A stretch of 64,000 nt of DNA. Source: an uncultured Collinsella sp. Lineage in GTDB: Bacteria; Actinomycetota; Coriobacteriia; Coriobacteriales; Coriobacteriaceae. The stretch lies in assembly GCA_900549455.1 (NCBI GenBank), contig UROM01000001.1, positions 15,758-79,757 on the forward strand. The letters are read 5' to 3'. The position numbers and the translations under genes were made by a program. Below are positions 9,980 through 23,450 of this stretch, piece by piece (position 1 is the first letter of the stretch; each line of letters starts with the position of its first letter). The notes beneath the pieces are model-generated. The model did no database searches and had not been told where the DNA came from. It saw only the letters and a program-made list of their open reading frames with translations.

Positions 9980-12535
9980 CCCGCAAAGGGTAACGGGGCC
10001 GAGGATGCCGCTCGGGGCGACGGGTTCGGTGAGGGCGAAGATGTCGGGAATCGCATGATCGAGCGTGTTGATGACGTCGACGGTGAGTTCGTGCGTGCCG
10101 GCAGCAAGAGGATTGATGACAAAGCGATAGGGCGGACAGATGCGTGTGCCGAGTGGGTGTCCGTCGAGCGTAAGTGTCGCGACTTCGTAGACATCTCCCA
10201 GGTCGATTGTGGCATCGGCAAGGTCGTTCGCCAGCTCAAACGACGCATGATATCGGTAGGTGCCGCAGGTGCCGGTGAACAGATCGGTTGTAAGGTCGCA
10301 TAGGTGCTCGAGCTCTTGCGCTTCACCAAAGGCGCCATTGCTGCCGGCAGGGGAGAGGGCAACGGTCCATGGGCCTTCGATGCGCAGGTCGAGCGATGCA
10401 TCAGCGTCGATTGCGCCGTCTCCGGGCGCATCCTCGCTGCCCGCTTCCAAAACAACGAAGCAGCTCTCGAAGGGTGCGAGCTCCAACGCACCGTCAAACG
10501 CAACGGGCTCGATACCGTTTAACAGGTCGAGCCGCGTGCCGCAAAGGCGCTCGCCTGTCGCAAGCGCAACCGTGCAGTCGATGCGCTCGCGTGGGTGCTC
10601 GTTGACGAGCATAACGTAGGTCTCGCCGGCGCGCTCGTAACGAAGCGCGCGCAACCAGGGCTGGGGCGTGTCGGTGACAACCGTCTGCAGCCCAGCGCTC
10701 GCCAACACGCCCGCCATATCGGCAAGCTGAGTCGCTGCAAGTTCACCCAGTTCAACCACGACGTCCGCGTCGTAAAGCGCGCTCGGCACCTCGTCGACGG
10801 CAAGGACCATAACTCCCGCATCAATCATGCGCCTTACGGCCTGCGCCGTCTCCGCGCCAATAAACGTAGCACCGGGCATAACAAATGCCTGGTAGCGGCA
10901 GTTGTTAACGCAAAGTAATCCGTCGGCAATCGAAACCTCGTAGCGGCTCTTGTCTTCAAAAGCCTCGGCGGGCACAAAATCAAAGTCGATCTGCGCACGC
11001 GTGAGCTCGGCAGCCACGCGCTCGATAGGCATGGCGCTGCCGGCCCACTCGGCATCGGCGTGGTACAGGATGGCGACGGGACGCGTGGCACAGCCTCCCG
11101 AAAGCAGTGTTGCCGTGCGGTTCATATAGCTCATGAGCTGCCCAAAGTGCGGCCACTGCGGATTGTTGCCGTGCGCGTAAAAGTGCGGCGGGCAGTCCCA
11201 ATCGGGAAAGGGCGCCATGCTAAACGCGTGCGGCGTAAACCAATTGACGCCGCGGACGAGCATGTGGTCGGCAATCCATTTCATCCCGCGCAAGCCCTCG
11301 TGCCAGCCGAAGGCGCCGAAGACCTCGGCCATGCAGCGTCCTTGTTTTTTGGGGTCGAGGCGCGCGGCCGAAGAGCCCAGTTTGGCAAGCGCGTAGGTAA
11401 AGAACTCGATGTTCCATGCGCCATGGAAGTAGCTGTAAGGGCCGTGGTCGATGCCAGGGGCGAGCTGGTTGATAACCACATCGATGCCCGCCATGTCCTG
11501 ACCGGCGACAGCGCGGAAGTAGTGCCCGGCGCCCTGGCCCAGGCGCGTGTGGCAGCTTTTGTCCTCAATCACATGTCCGATGTGCATGACGCCGTGCTCA
11601 CGGCACCAGTCGCCGATCTGCTCGTCAAAGCAGGTGCGGTAGAGTTGCGTGGCAATGTCCATGTAGGTGTGACGGACTCGAGCGCCATCTGCCTCGCGTG
11701 TCCAAAGGCCGTGTAGCTTGGTGAGCCAGTCCTCGCCAAGTGCATTGCGCAGGCGGCTGGCAAGCTCGTCCGACCAAGGTAGTGCCATATCGCCGCGTCC
11801 AATAAAGCTGCTGGTAGAAGCGTCGTCGAGAGCCGTGCCCTTCTCGTTCATAAAGCCTGGCTCATCGGTAAAGAACCCCAGGATGGTGCAGCCGAACTCG
11901 TCGCCCAGATGCTCAAACGTGGGCTCGTAGACGGCATCGATGAGCGCGCGGCACGAATCGGCGTCGACCATGTTGATGTACTCATCGCGAAAGCCGGTTT
12001 TTTGGCTGGTGACGAAGAGCTCGACGGTGGTGATGCCGGCGGGCGCGTCAAAACGCAGGCGGGCGGGGGTGCCGTCGGCCTGCTCAACGGAGAGCTCAAA
12101 GTCGAGCGGTGCGCCGGCGGCGTCGAAAGTCGCCGCACCCACAAAGCGCTCCGTGGGATCCATAAGATTGCCGAGCTTGATGACCGTGGACGGCTGGGGA
12201 CCAACGACCGTAACCGTGCGATGTTTGAGCACGGTCTTCTTAAGCGCGGGGTCAACATCCTCGCCCGCAAGCGCGCCGTTGGCGTAGCCCGTGGGGAAAT
12301 GGGCGTCGTCGAGCAGCCAGATCTTCAACCCCAAGCGCTTGCACTCGCCAATGATAAAACGCAGGTCAGCCCACCAGCCGTCGCGACAAAACTCGGGATG
12401 CGTGCGCGATTCGAGGCAGACCTCGCGGATGTCCGCACCGGCAATCTGCTCCAAGTATTCGGTAATCGTCTCGTGCGCCTCGCCCTTGAGCCACAAGAAC
12501 GGAAGCACATGGTTGTCGCATGCCGCCATATCCAC
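9962..12535 (-). CDS. Glycoside hydrolase, GH106 (alpha-L-rhamnosidase)-like with GH2-type C-terminal domain
   Basis: WLLDDAHFPTGYANG, GFFTDEPG, MAEVFGAFGW, IDLGDV...ICPPYRF...VINTL...SGILGPV. Confidence 0.7.
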   Translation of the reverse strand: MDMAACDNHVLPFLWLKGEAHETITEYLEQIAGADIREVCLESRTHPEFCRDGWWADLRFIIGECKRLGLKIWLLDDAHFPTGYANGALAGEDVDPALKKTVLKHRTVTVVGPQPSTVIKLGNLMDPTERFVGAATFDAAGAPLDFELSVEQADGTPARLRFDAPAGITTVELFVTSQKTGFRDEYINMVDADSCRALIDAVYEPTFEHLGDEFGCTILGFFTDEPGFMNEKGTALDDASTSSFIGRGDMALPWSDELASRLRNALGEDWLTKLHGLWTREADGARVRHTYMDIATQLYRTCFDEQIGDWCREHGVMHIGHVIEDKSCHTRLGQGAGHYFRAVAGQDMAGIDVVINQLAPGIDHGPYSYFHGAWNIEFFTYALAKLGSSAARLDPKKQGRCMAEVFGAFGWHEGLRGMKWIADHMLVRGVNWFTPHAFSMAPFPDWDCPPHFYAHGNNPQWPHFGQLMSYMNRTATLLSGGCATRPVAILYHADAEWAGSAMPIERVAAELTRAQIDFDFVPAEAFEDKSRYEVSIADGLLCVNNCRYQAFVMPGATFIGAETAQAVRRMIDAGVMVLAVDEVPSALYDADVVVELGELAATQLADMAGVLASAGLQTVVTDTPQPWLRALRYERAGETYVMLVNEHPRERIDCTVALATGERLCGTRLDLLNGIEPVAFDGALELAPFESCFVVLEAGSEDAPGDGAIDADASLDLRIEGPWTVALSPAGSNGAFGEAQELEHLCDLTTDLFTGTCGTYRYHASFELANDLADATIDLGDVYEVATLTLDGHPLGTRICPPYRFVINPLAAGTHELTVDVINTLDHAIPDIFALTEPVAPSGILGPVTLCGQNLPK

Positions 12536-12645
12536 TCCTCTAAAACCAACCTTTTAAATCGATTGAAGTCAGAGTACGCCGCGCGCGCATTCCTGCTAAT
12601 ATCAAAATCACGACAGCATATGACTGAATCAACGATAGTGATGCC

Positions 12646-15275
<2,630 letters not shown>

Positions 15276-15425
15276 TCGACAATATGAGTGCCACTGGTAA
15301 AAGGTTTTGGGAAGGGCTTGGAAGGGCTTGCGATTCGAGCCCTCACCTTAGCAATTTGATCATTTGGCACTATAATCACCATAGGCATGCGCATAACGTT
15401 GCGCTTAATCAAAAGGAGAAAACGT

Positions 15426-15962
15426 ATGGGTCTGTTTGACATGTTCAAGAAGAAGGCTGAGCCCGCGGCAGCTGCTGCTCCGGCCTCCATCTCTGCTTCT
15501 GCCGGTGCCGACGTGCTGTGCTCGCCCGTCAAGGGCAAGGTCATCAAGATGGCCGACGTGCCCGATCCCGTCTTTGGTGGCGAGGTTCTGGGCAAGGGCT
15601 GCGCCGTGTGGCCCGAGGACGACCTGGTCTACGCTCCCTGCGACGGCAAGGTGACCGTCACCATGGGTCACGCCGTGGGCCTGCAGTCCGATAGCGGCAT
15701 CGAGGTTCTGGTGCACGTTGGCGTCGATACCGTCAACATGAACGGCGACGGCTTCGAGGGCTTCGTCAAGGCCGACGACGTCGTGAAGGCCGGCCAGCCC
15801 TTGCTCAAGATCGACCGCGCCAAGATCGCTGCCGCCGGTTACAAGGACTGCGTCGTCGTGGCCGTGTCCAACACCGCCGAGTTTGCCGATGTCGAGCTCG
15901 CCGTCGAGGCCGAGTCTGCCGTCGCCGCCGGTGACGCCATCGTTAAGGTCGTCCGCAAGTAG
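15426..15962 (+). CDS. PTS glucose-family EIIA component
   Basis: DVPDPVF, HAVGL, EVLVHVGVDTVNMNGDGF; RBS aaggag. Confidence 0.9.
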   Translation: MGLFDMFKKKAEPAAAAAPASISASAGADVLCSPVKGKVIKMADVPDPVFGGEVLGKGCAVWPEDDLVYAPCDGKVTVTMGHAVGLQSDSGIEVLVHVGVDTVNMNGDGFEGFVKADDVVKAGQPLLKIDRAKIAAAGYKDCVVVAVSNTAEFADVELAVEAESAVAAGDAIVKVVRK

Positions 15963-15986
15963 TCTGCGGCATCCAGAAGATGCACA

Positions 15987-16018
15987 AGGGTGGTCGGGTT
16001 ATCCGGCCACCCTTTTTT
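15987..16018 (+). terminator. Intrinsic terminator
   Basis: agggtggtcgg...ccggccaccct followed by a T-tract. Confidence 0.8.
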
Positions 16019-16195
16019 AATAGGCTAAGCAGGTGCATTTTATTGCAGGGGGCTTGCTTTAAGGGCCATTCGTTCGTCAAATTGAGCCGCCTGCGCTTTT
16101 GCGACGCAGGGGGTTGGGCCGGGCCGCTAATATGGACTTACTGTCACGACGTGCGCTGCGTAGGGAGCGCGGCGCCGCTTGTTTGGAGGAATGTC

Positions 16196-16753
16196 ATGAA
16201 AAAGAAGCTGCTGCTTGCGCCCCTGATGGCTGCCCTGGTCGCGTGCGTGGTTTTGCTTTCCGGCTGCGGAGGGCCTTCGGTGGAGGAGCTCATCACCAAT
16301 GACCTTACGAGTCAGTTTGACGAGATCAAGAACGGCGGCGATGACTTCCTCTCCGGCCTGGAAGAGGCTTCGGGCGACGAGTTTGAGCAGCTGGGCATCG
16401 ATCCCAAGGAGTATGCCAAGAGCTATCTCGAGGGCTTTGACTACAAGATCGGCGATGTGACGGTCGACGAGGACAAGGGCACCGCGACCGCCGAGGTCAC
16501 CATAACCTGCAAGTCCATGAACAAGATTGTCGAAGATTTTGCTACTCAGTATCAGGAGAAGGTCGCAGCGCTCGACGAGCTGCCGTCCGAGGACGACCTG
16601 TACAAGATGGCCGGCCAGGTCATGGTCGACGTGACCAAGGCCGCTAAGACCAAGGACACCAAGGTCACCTTTAAGTATTCCGCCGACGAGGATAACGAGT
16701 GGTCCGCCGACGATTCCGCAACCACCGAGATGATGAATGCGATGATGAGCTAG
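16196..16753 (+). CDS. Lipoprotein of unknown function
   Basis: MKKKLLL signal peptide with LSGC lipobox; RBS ggagg. Confidence 0.8.
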   Translation: MKKKLLLAPLMAALVACVVLLSGCGGPSVEELITNDLTSQFDEIKNGGDDFLSGLEEASGDEFEQLGIDPKEYAKSYLEGFDYKIGDVTVDEDKGTATAEVTITCKSMNKIVEDFATQYQEKVAALDELPSEDDLYKMAGQVMVDVTKAAKTKDTKVTFKYSADEDNEWSADDSATTEMMNAMMS

Positions 16754-16756
16754 TTC

Positions 16757-16925
16757 GTTGCGGCGTTTTACCAAACGCCGCAACTGCTCGACGCTGCAAG
16801 CCCGCCAGAGCGGCAATCTGCCTTTCAACTTCGGCGGCATGACCAGAAGGTCAATGCCGCCTCGTTTCAAGGCGCCTTGCTCGCTCTGGCGGGCTTTCGC
16901 TGTCGTTGCCAAAACAACGGCGTTC
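16757..16925 (+). repeat. Repeat family A, copy 2 (divergent)
   Basis: Same leading hairpin (tacc loop) and atgaccagaaggtcaat core, with compensated stems. Confidence 0.8.
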
Positions 16926-17091
16926 CCTTGGCTGGCTTAAAGTGGCACTTGTGCCTGTGGCGTTGCCATCGCTGTCGAAGGCGGCACTTGGGGACGTTCC
17001 TTTTCTGCCGGCAGTCGGGGACATTTCTTTGTTGCGGGGGCAGCTAAAAGAGTCCCGTCCCACATTAGCTACCCGTGGAAGGGATGAGCGG

Positions 17092-17760
17092 TTACTCGCC
17101 CAGCACCAGCGCCGCGAGCTCTGCTTGGGTGTCCACCACGTAGTCGGCGCCGGCGGCTTCCAGCTCTGCGCGGCCGCGGAAGCCCCAGCTGACGCCCGCG
17201 CTCTTAAGGCCGGCGTTGTGACCGGTTAGGATATCGACATTGGAATCGCCCACATAGATCGTGGTTGCCGGATCGGCGCCCAGCTCCTCCATCACATGCA
17301 GCGTGACGGGTGCTTCGGGCTTAGGCGGAAACGCATCGACACGGCCCTGTACCAGCGCAAAGCGATCGGGGCCAAAGTATTTCTCGATAAGCGGGGCTGC
17401 CGAAATATGATCCTTGTTGGTGAGCACGGCAAGCTGAACGCCCGCTGCGCGCAGACGGTCGAGCATCTCAATCGTGCCGGCGTAGGGGGCGGTGTGGTCC
17501 TCCTTGTGATCGCCGTAGTAAGCCCTAAACTCGGCAAGCGTCTGCTCAAACATACGGCTGTCGCCTGCATACTCGGCGGGCATAAAGCGCTCGACCAGCT
17601 TAAGCATGCCGTTTCCCACTTTGTAGCGGTACTCGTCCACGGCAAACGTGGGCCAGCCGTGCATCTCGCAGGTGTGGTTGCCGGCGGCCGCCAGGTCCTC
17701 AATCGTGTTGAGGATGGTGCCGTCCAGGTCAAAGATCACATGGGAAAAAGCTGCTGCCAT
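17092..17760 (-). CDS. HAD family phosphatase (Gph-like)
   Basis: FDLDGT, LTNK, KPEAP, YVGDSNVD. Confidence 0.9.
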   Translation of the reverse strand: MAAAFSHVIFDLDGTILNTIEDLAAAGNHTCEMHGWPTFAVDEYRYKVGNGMLKLVERFMPAEYAGDSRMFEQTLAEFRAYYGDHKEDHTAPYAGTIEMLDRLRAAGVQLAVLTNKDHISAAPLIEKYFGPDRFALVQGRVDAFPPKPEAPVTLHVMEELGADPATTIYVGDSNVDILTGHNAGLKSAGVSWGFRGRAELEAAGADYVVDTQAELAALVLGE

Positions 17761-17884
17761 GAAAGCTCCCGTCGTTGGGTTTCAAAACGCACCTCATAAT
17801 ACTGGGCTTCCGCGTTGGGCGCGCTTGGAATCTGAACATCTCCAGGGATATCAAGCCGCATCGCGCCGACCGCGCGATTCCGCC

Positions 17885-18919
17885 CTAGCAAATTCTCGGC
17901 AGCTGCTCTCCTACGAGCATGTCGAGAATACGGGTCGAGCCCCAGCCGGTGCGTACGCGCACGGCGGGTCGAGCGCCCTCGGCAAGCGGCAGCACGCGAC
18001 CGATGAGGGCGGTGTTCTCGGCGTAGCGGGCGGCGCGCATGGCCGCCAGTGCGGCATCGGCCTGCTCAGCCGGCACCACGGCGACCATCTTGCCCTCGTT
18101 TGCCACCTGTAGAACGTCGTAGCCGAGCATCTCACATGCCGCCTGCACGTCGGGGCGCACGGGCACGGCATCCTCGTCGATCTCCATGGCAACGCCGCTG
18201 GCCTGGGCAAACTCGTTGAGCGTGGATGCCAGACCGCCGCGCGTGGGGTCGCGGAAGCAGCGGGTGTCGGGGGCGGCGGCGAGCACGTCGGCAATCAGAT
18301 GATTGAGCGGCGCAGCGTCGCTTTCGATGTTGCTCGAAAAGGCCAGGCTCTCGCGCTGGCTCATGATGGCGATGCCGTGGTCGCCCAGTGTGCCCGATAC
18401 TAGGATGACGTCGCCGGGCTGGCAGTTAGCGCCGCTGAGCTCCACACCAGCGGGCACCTCGCCTGCGCCGGCGGTATTGATATAGACGCCGTCGGCTCCG
18501 CCGCGCTCGACCACCTTGGTGTCGCCCGTGATGATGCGCACGCCGGCCTCGCGCGCGGTCTCGGCCATGGTTTGCACAATCTGGCTCAGCTTGTCCATGG
18601 GATAGCCCTCTTCGAGGATAAAGCCGCACGATAGGTAGCGCACGTTGGCGCCCGAGGTCGCGACGTCGTTGACGGTTCCGCATACAGCGAGGCGGCCGAT
18701 ATTGCCGCCGGGGAAGAACTGCGGCGTTACCACAAAGCTGTCGGTCGACATGGCGATTCGCCCGCTTGCGGGCAGCGCGGCGACACCGGCATCGTTGCCC
18801 GCAAGCAGCTCGGGCGACCCAAAGGCATCCAGAAAGACCTCATCGATAATGCGCTTCATCATCTGGCCGCCGGAGCCGTGGCCCAGCAGGACAGTGCTAT
18901 CGGTGGCAGTACGGGACAT
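17885..18919 (-). CDS. hypE: Hydrogenase maturation protein HypE
   Basis: HGSGG, TDSFVV, GDTKVV, RDPTRGG, ANEGK and C-terminal GEQLPRIC. Confidence 0.95.
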   Translation of the reverse strand: MSRTATDSTVLLGHGSGGQMMKRIIDEVFLDAFGSPELLAGNDAGVAALPASGRIAMSTDSFVVTPQFFPGGNIGRLAVCGTVNDVATSGANVRYLSCGFILEEGYPMDKLSQIVQTMAETAREAGVRIITGDTKVVERGGADGVYINTAGAGEVPAGVELSGANCQPGDVILVSGTLGDHGIAIMSQRESLAFSSNIESDAAPLNHLIADVLAAAPDTRCFRDPTRGGLASTLNEFAQASGVAMEIDEDAVPVRPDVQAACEMLGYDVLQVANEGKMVAVVPAEQADAALAAMRAARYAENTALIGRVLPLAEGARPAVRVRTGWGSTRILDMLVGEQLPRIC

Positions 18920-18967
18920 ATCGAAAACTCCAATCGTGGGTGGTGCCAGTGTGCGGGTGCGTCCGGG

Positions 18968-20080
18968 CTAGTTACGGTATCTAAAGTACGCCGCACAGCT
19001 GCCCTCCGAGCTCACCATGCAGGGGCCGACGGGATGCTCGGGTGTACAAGCGTGGCCGAACAGAGGGCAGTCGCTCGGCGCAATGGCTCCGCGCAGCACG
19101 TCGCCGCAGCGGCATCCGCGTGGCTCGACCGCCGGCTCGATGGGCACGTCAAAGCGGGTGCGGGCATCAAAGCGCGAGAGCTCGGGGCGGATGGAAAGGC
19201 CCGAGTTGGCAATCGGCCCCAGCCCGCGCCACGTGGTGTCGCATGGCTCAAACACCTGCTCGACCAGCTGGCGCGCCACGGGGTTACCGTCTGCGTTGAC
19301 GCCACGGCGGTAGGCGTTGTCGATCGCCGGCTTGTTCTCGACAACCATCTGGACCAGCATACAGATGCCCTGCAAGATGTCGACCGGTTCAAATCCCGTT
19401 ACCACGCCTGGGGTCTTAAACTCGTCGACCAAAAAGCCAAAGGGCGTCAAGCCCGTGATGGTGGCGACGTGCCCCGGAAGGATAAAGCCGTCGATAGTGG
19501 TCTCGGGATCGTTGGCGATGGCGCGCAGCGCCGGCGGCGTGGTCTTATGGGCGCAGTAGACCGAGAAGTTCTGCAGCCCGCGTGCGTCTGCCTCCAGGAT
19601 GGCGGCGGCGATGGTGGGCGTTGTGGTCTCAAAGCCCACACCCATAAAGATGACCGGGCGGTCGGGGTTTTGCTCGGCAATGTCGAGCGCGTCGAGCGGG
19701 GAGTAGACGATGCGGATGTCGCGCCCCGCCGCCTTTTGCGCGGCAAGCGAGGTGGATGATCCGGGCACGCGCATCATGTCGCCAAAGGTGGTGATAATGG
19801 CGCCGTCCATGTTGGAAAGCGCGATTGCGTGATCGATGTCGCGGTTGGCGGTAACGCAAACGGGGCATCCCGGGCCGCTTAGCAGTTTGAGTCCCGTCGG
19901 CATAATGGAGCGAAAGCCATAGCGGCCAATGCTCACGGTATGTGTACCGCAGACTTCCATAAGGTTGATGCTGCGGTTGCCGACAAGCTCATGAATACGC
20001 TCGATGAGCTCGCGAGCCAGCTTGGGGTCGCGAAATGCCGAAAAGTCGATACCGGAGCGAACCGGCTGCGCCGCCGCCAC
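18968..20080 (-). CDS. hypD: Hydrogenase maturation protein HypD
   Basis: MEVCGTHT, GPGCPVC, GFETT, PGHV, GPCMVSSEGSCAA. Confidence 0.95.
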   Translation of the reverse strand: MAAAQPVRSGIDFSAFRDPKLARELIERIHELVGNRSINLMEVCGTHTVSIGRYGFRSIMPTGLKLLSGPGCPVCVTANRDIDHAIALSNMDGAIITTFGDMMRVPGSSTSLAAQKAAGRDIRIVYSPLDALDIAEQNPDRPVIFMGVGFETTTPTIAAAILEADARGLQNFSVYCAHKTTPPALRAIANDPETTIDGFILPGHVATITGLTPFGFLVDEFKTPGVVTGFEPVDILQGICMLVQMVVENKPAIDNAYRRGVNADGNPVARQLVEQVFEPCDTTWRGLGPIANSGLSIRPELSRFDARTRFDVPIEPAVEPRGCRCGDVLRGAIAPSDCPLFGHACTPEHPVGPCMVSSEGSCAAYFRYRN

Positions 20081-20340
20081 TAGTATGCCTCAGCCGGGTT
20101 GGTGGCGAGCTGGTCCTCTTCGGCCAGCTCGGCCATGGTATTGACGAGCTCGAGTGTCTCCTGGGCTTCCTGCTCGTCGACAATCTGAATGCCAAAGCCG
20201 GCGTGCACGAGAATATAGTCGCCGACCTGCGCCGTCGGCACGAGGCGCAGCGAAACGGGGCGCTCGATGCCCATCATGTCGACGGTCGCCTTAAGGTCGT
20301 CGTCGCGTTTGACCACTTTACCGGGAACGGCAAGGCACAT
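20080..20340 (-). CDS. hypC: Hydrogenase chaperone HypC
   Basis: MCLAVPG start; GDYILVHAGF. Confidence 0.95.
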   Translation of the reverse strand: MCLAVPGKVVKRDDDLKATVDMMGIERPVSLRLVPTAQVGDYILVHAGFGIQIVDEQEAQETLELVNTMAELAEEDQLATNPAEAY

Positions 20341-20471
20341 AATGTTTCCCTTTTATACGTTTTGCGCTGGATAGGCACTGAATAATCCATCGTTTGATGG
20401 TAGCGCTCGCAGGAGTCACGAGCAAACGCGTTACACCTGTGAGACGGCGGCGCGCAGGCTGGCAAAACAGC

Positions 20472-22925
20472 CTATCTCGACGCCGTCTGCGCGAGGCAAG
20501 CGCGAGCGATGGCGGCCTGACCGTAGGCGATGCAGCCGTCGTTGACGGGCACAGCGTGGGGGACCAAGACGGCAAGACCGGCGTCTTTGAGTTCGTGGGT
20601 AAGGAGCTGAAGCAAAAGCCGGTTCATGAACACACCGCCCGAGAGCGCGACGGTATCGAGGCCTTCGCGCTCACAGATCTCGCACGCGACGTGGGTCGTA
20701 GCGCGCGTAATGGCGATGTGAAACCCGAGGGCGAGCCTGTCGGCCGGCGCGCCTGCCTCGATTCCATTCAGAAGAGTTTCGATGAGCGGTTGGGGGTCCA
20801 AGATGGGGGAGTCGTCGGCAGACATGAATACGCCTGCATCATTGCCGTCGAGACGAACAGGCTTACCGTCGAGCGCACGCCAAGCGGCGGCTTCGAGTTC
20901 GATGGCGGGCTCGCCTTCGTAGGTTGCCTTGCCGCAGATTCCCAGAATCGCTGCCGCGGCATCAAAGAGACGCCCCACGCTGCTGGTACGCGGGCTGTTG
21001 ATGCCGCGCTCGGTCATGGTGGCTGTCACGCTGCGCGTTTGCTCGTCGAGGCCGTCCAAAAGCCGAGCGGCACCCGGGTGTTCAAGCAGGCCGAGCTCGC
21101 TCAGCAGGGCAAAGGCATTGCGCCGGGAATCGCGCACGGATGCGGCACCGCCTGGCAGCGCCCAGGTGCACAGGTGCGCGGCGCGTTCAAAATCGGCAAG
21201 GCCGGCAACAAGAAACTCGCCGCCCCAAATGGTCCCATCGGTGCCGGCGCCGGTGCCGTCAAAGGCGATGCCAAGGACGCGCGCGTCGGTTGTAAGCTGG
21301 CCCGCGGCGATAGCCTCGGCCATTACGCTCGCGATATGCGCATGATGGTGCTGCACCTCGACGAGCGGCAGATTGCATTTTCGCGCCTGCTCGCGCGCCC
21401 ACTGGCTCGATAGATAGCTGGGGTGCAAGTCGCAGGCCAGCGCGGCGGGCATCAAGTCAAAGAGATCTTCCAAGCGCGTGCGCGCGGCGTTCCAGGCATC
21501 GAAGGTCTCGCCGTTTTCGACATCGCCAATATGCTGCGACACAAAACAGGCCGCCTCGCCGCTCGCATCCTCGCGTGTGAATGCGATCGTTGCCTTTTGC
21601 TGTGGGCCGCAGGCGAGCACGCAGGGCGCGACGGCGTCGAGTGCCGGCAGCGGCAACGGCCGAGGCGCATATCCGCGAGCGCGGCGAACGGGCATAACGG
21701 CCCCACCGACCACGCGTACCACGGAGTCGTCGTAGCGCGACAGAATCGCGCGGTCGTTGCCAAGTAGCGCGTCGGCGATGCCGACGGCAACGAGGTATTC
21801 CCAGGCAAGGTCGTCGTCAGTTTCGATAGGTTCCTCGCTCAGGTTTCCGCTGGTCATGACCAGCGCGTGCATGTCATGCGACGCGGCAGCTGCAAGCAGC
21901 AGATGCTGAAGCGGTGTATAGGGGAGCATGACGCCGAGCTCGGGTAGATCGTGCGCGACGGATGGTGCGAGTGTAAGGGCGTCGGGGGAATCTCCCTCGC
22001 CAACAGCACGCCGGCGCAACAGCACGATGGGGCGGATGCTACCGGTTAGCAAGCCGCGCTCGGCATCATCGACATGGCACAGGCGTTCAGTATCGGCAAG
22101 GCTGCGCACCATAACGGCAAGCGGCTTGTTGCTGCGGCGCTTGCGACGGCGCAGCTCGACCACCGCCTGCTCATCGGCGGCGTTGCAGGCCAGATGGAAT
22201 CCACCCAGGCCCTTGATGGCGACAATACCGCCGCTGGCCAGCAGCTCGACACAGCGGTCAATAATGGCATCGCTGGTTTCGCGCGTGCTGCCGATGGCTG
22301 GCGTCGCTCCCGAGCCTTCGAGCTCCATGTCACCCGCCGCCTCGCGCCAGGTAATATGTGGCCCGCAGTCAAAGCAGGCATCGGGCTGCGCATGAAAGCG
22401 CCGGTCAAGCGGGTCGCCATACTCTGCGGCGCACTCGGGGCACATGGGAAAGCAATCCATCGACGTGGCCGCTCGGTCATAAGGCAGCGACCGGATGATG
22501 GTAAAGCGCGGCCCGCAGTTGGTGCAGTTGATAAAGGGGTAGTGATATCGTCGGTCGGCGGGGTCGAACAGTTCGCGCAGGCAGTCGTCACAGGTGGCGA
22601 TATCGGGGGAGATGAGCGTCGTGTGCATGGTCTGATCCTGCGACGCTACGATACGAAAGACCTGCTCATCGTCGGCATCCCAAGCGTCGGGCTCCAGGTC
22701 TGCAACAGCGACATGCTCAACGCGGGCCGCGGCAGGTGCGTGCTTCGACAGCGCGGCGACAAAGTCGTCGAGTGCCTCGACCGAAGCATGCGCCTCGATG
22801 TGCACGCCATCGCCCGCGTTGAGCACCCAGCCGCAGATGCCATACGCCATAGCCTCGCGATACACAAATGGCCGCATGCCAACGCCCTGCACAATGCCCG
22901 TCACATGAATATGCACATGCCGCAT
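20472..22925 (-). CDS. hypF: Carbamoyltransferase HypF
   Basis: GIVQGVGMRP, zinc fingers (CDDC/CTNC/CPEC/CFDC), KGLGGFHLAC, QHHHAH, DGTGAG, NDGCIAYGQ. Confidence 0.95.
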   Translation of the reverse strand: MRHVHIHVTGIVQGVGMRPFVYREAMAYGICGWVLNAGDGVHIEAHASVEALDDFVAALSKHAPAAARVEHVAVADLEPDAWDADDEQVFRIVASQDQTMHTTLISPDIATCDDCLRELFDPADRRYHYPFINCTNCGPRFTIIRSLPYDRAATSMDCFPMCPECAAEYGDPLDRRFHAQPDACFDCGPHITWREAAGDMELEGSGATPAIGSTRETSDAIIDRCVELLASGGIVAIKGLGGFHLACNAADEQAVVELRRRKRRSNKPLAVMVRSLADTERLCHVDDAERGLLTGSIRPIVLLRRRAVGEGDSPDALTLAPSVAHDLPELGVMLPYTPLQHLLLAAAASHDMHALVMTSGNLSEEPIETDDDLAWEYLVAVGIADALLGNDRAILSRYDDSVVRVVGGAVMPVRRARGYAPRPLPLPALDAVAPCVLACGPQQKATIAFTREDASGEAACFVSQHIGDVENGETFDAWNAARTRLEDLFDLMPAALACDLHPSYLSSQWAREQARKCNLPLVEVQHHHAHIASVMAEAIAAGQLTTDARVLGIAFDGTGAGTDGTIWGGEFLVAGLADFERAAHLCTWALPGGAASVRDSRRNAFALLSELGLLEHPGAARLLDGLDEQTRSVTATMTERGINSPRTSSVGRLFDAAAAILGICGKATYEGEPAIELEAAAWRALDGKPVRLDGNDAGVFMSADDSPILDPQPLIETLLNGIEAGAPADRLALGFHIAITRATTHVACEICEREGLDTVALSGGVFMNRLLLQLLTHELKDAGLAVLVPHAVPVNDGCIAYGQAAIARACLAQTASR

Positions 22926-22954
22926 GTGGCTCCCCTTCATTGAAGTGTGTGCTG

Positions 22955-23449
22955 TTAGAGCCCCAAGCTCTGCTTGGTGGCGGCGCAGGTGAGCTCGCCG
23001 TGCTTAACGCCGCGCAGCCCCAGCAACCGGTCCGCCAGCTCGTAGACGCGTTTGCCGCGACCCTTGAGCGCCAGAATCTCCAGGCAGTTGTGGTGGTCCA
23101 GATGCACGTGCATGGTCGAGACAATCTCGTCGGTGTAGTCGTGCTGCACCTCGTCCAGACGGCGCGTCAGGTCGCCGGTATGGTGGTCATAGATCATGGT
23201 GAGCGAACCGATGACCTGCTCGTCGGGCGTGCGCATCTGCTCCTTGGCGATTGAGGCACGAATCAGATCGCGTACGGCCTCGGAACGGTTGGCCACGTCA
23301 CCGCGGCGCGCGATCTGCTCGTCAAAGCGGCGCAGCAGGTCGTCGGGCGCGGTGACCGAAAAGCGGACCAGCTCGGAGCTGGAGCCGCTGCAGCGGCAGT
23401 TCGCATCGTCGTCCGCACCGTAATCGTGCTCGTGCTCGTGCTCGGCCAC
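22955..23449 (-). CDS. nikR: Nickel-responsive regulator NikR with His/Cys-rich N-terminal extension
   Basis: Ribbon-helix-helix RFSVT...NRSEAVRDLIR, YDHH, HVHLDHHNCLE. Confidence 0.9.
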   Translation of the reverse strand: MAEHEHEHDYGADDDANCRCSGSSSELVRFSVTAPDDLLRRFDEQIARRGDVANRSEAVRDLIRASIAKEQMRTPDEQVIGSLTMIYDHHTGDLTRRLDEVQHDYTDEIVSTMHVHLDHHNCLEILALKGRGKRVYELADRLLGLRGVKHGELTCAATKQSLGL

Positions 23450-23450
23450 G

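Noticed and set aside
15301..15344. Tandem gaagggcttg x2 after bglA
   Set aside because: Only two short copies, part of a small hairpin; no function can be supported.
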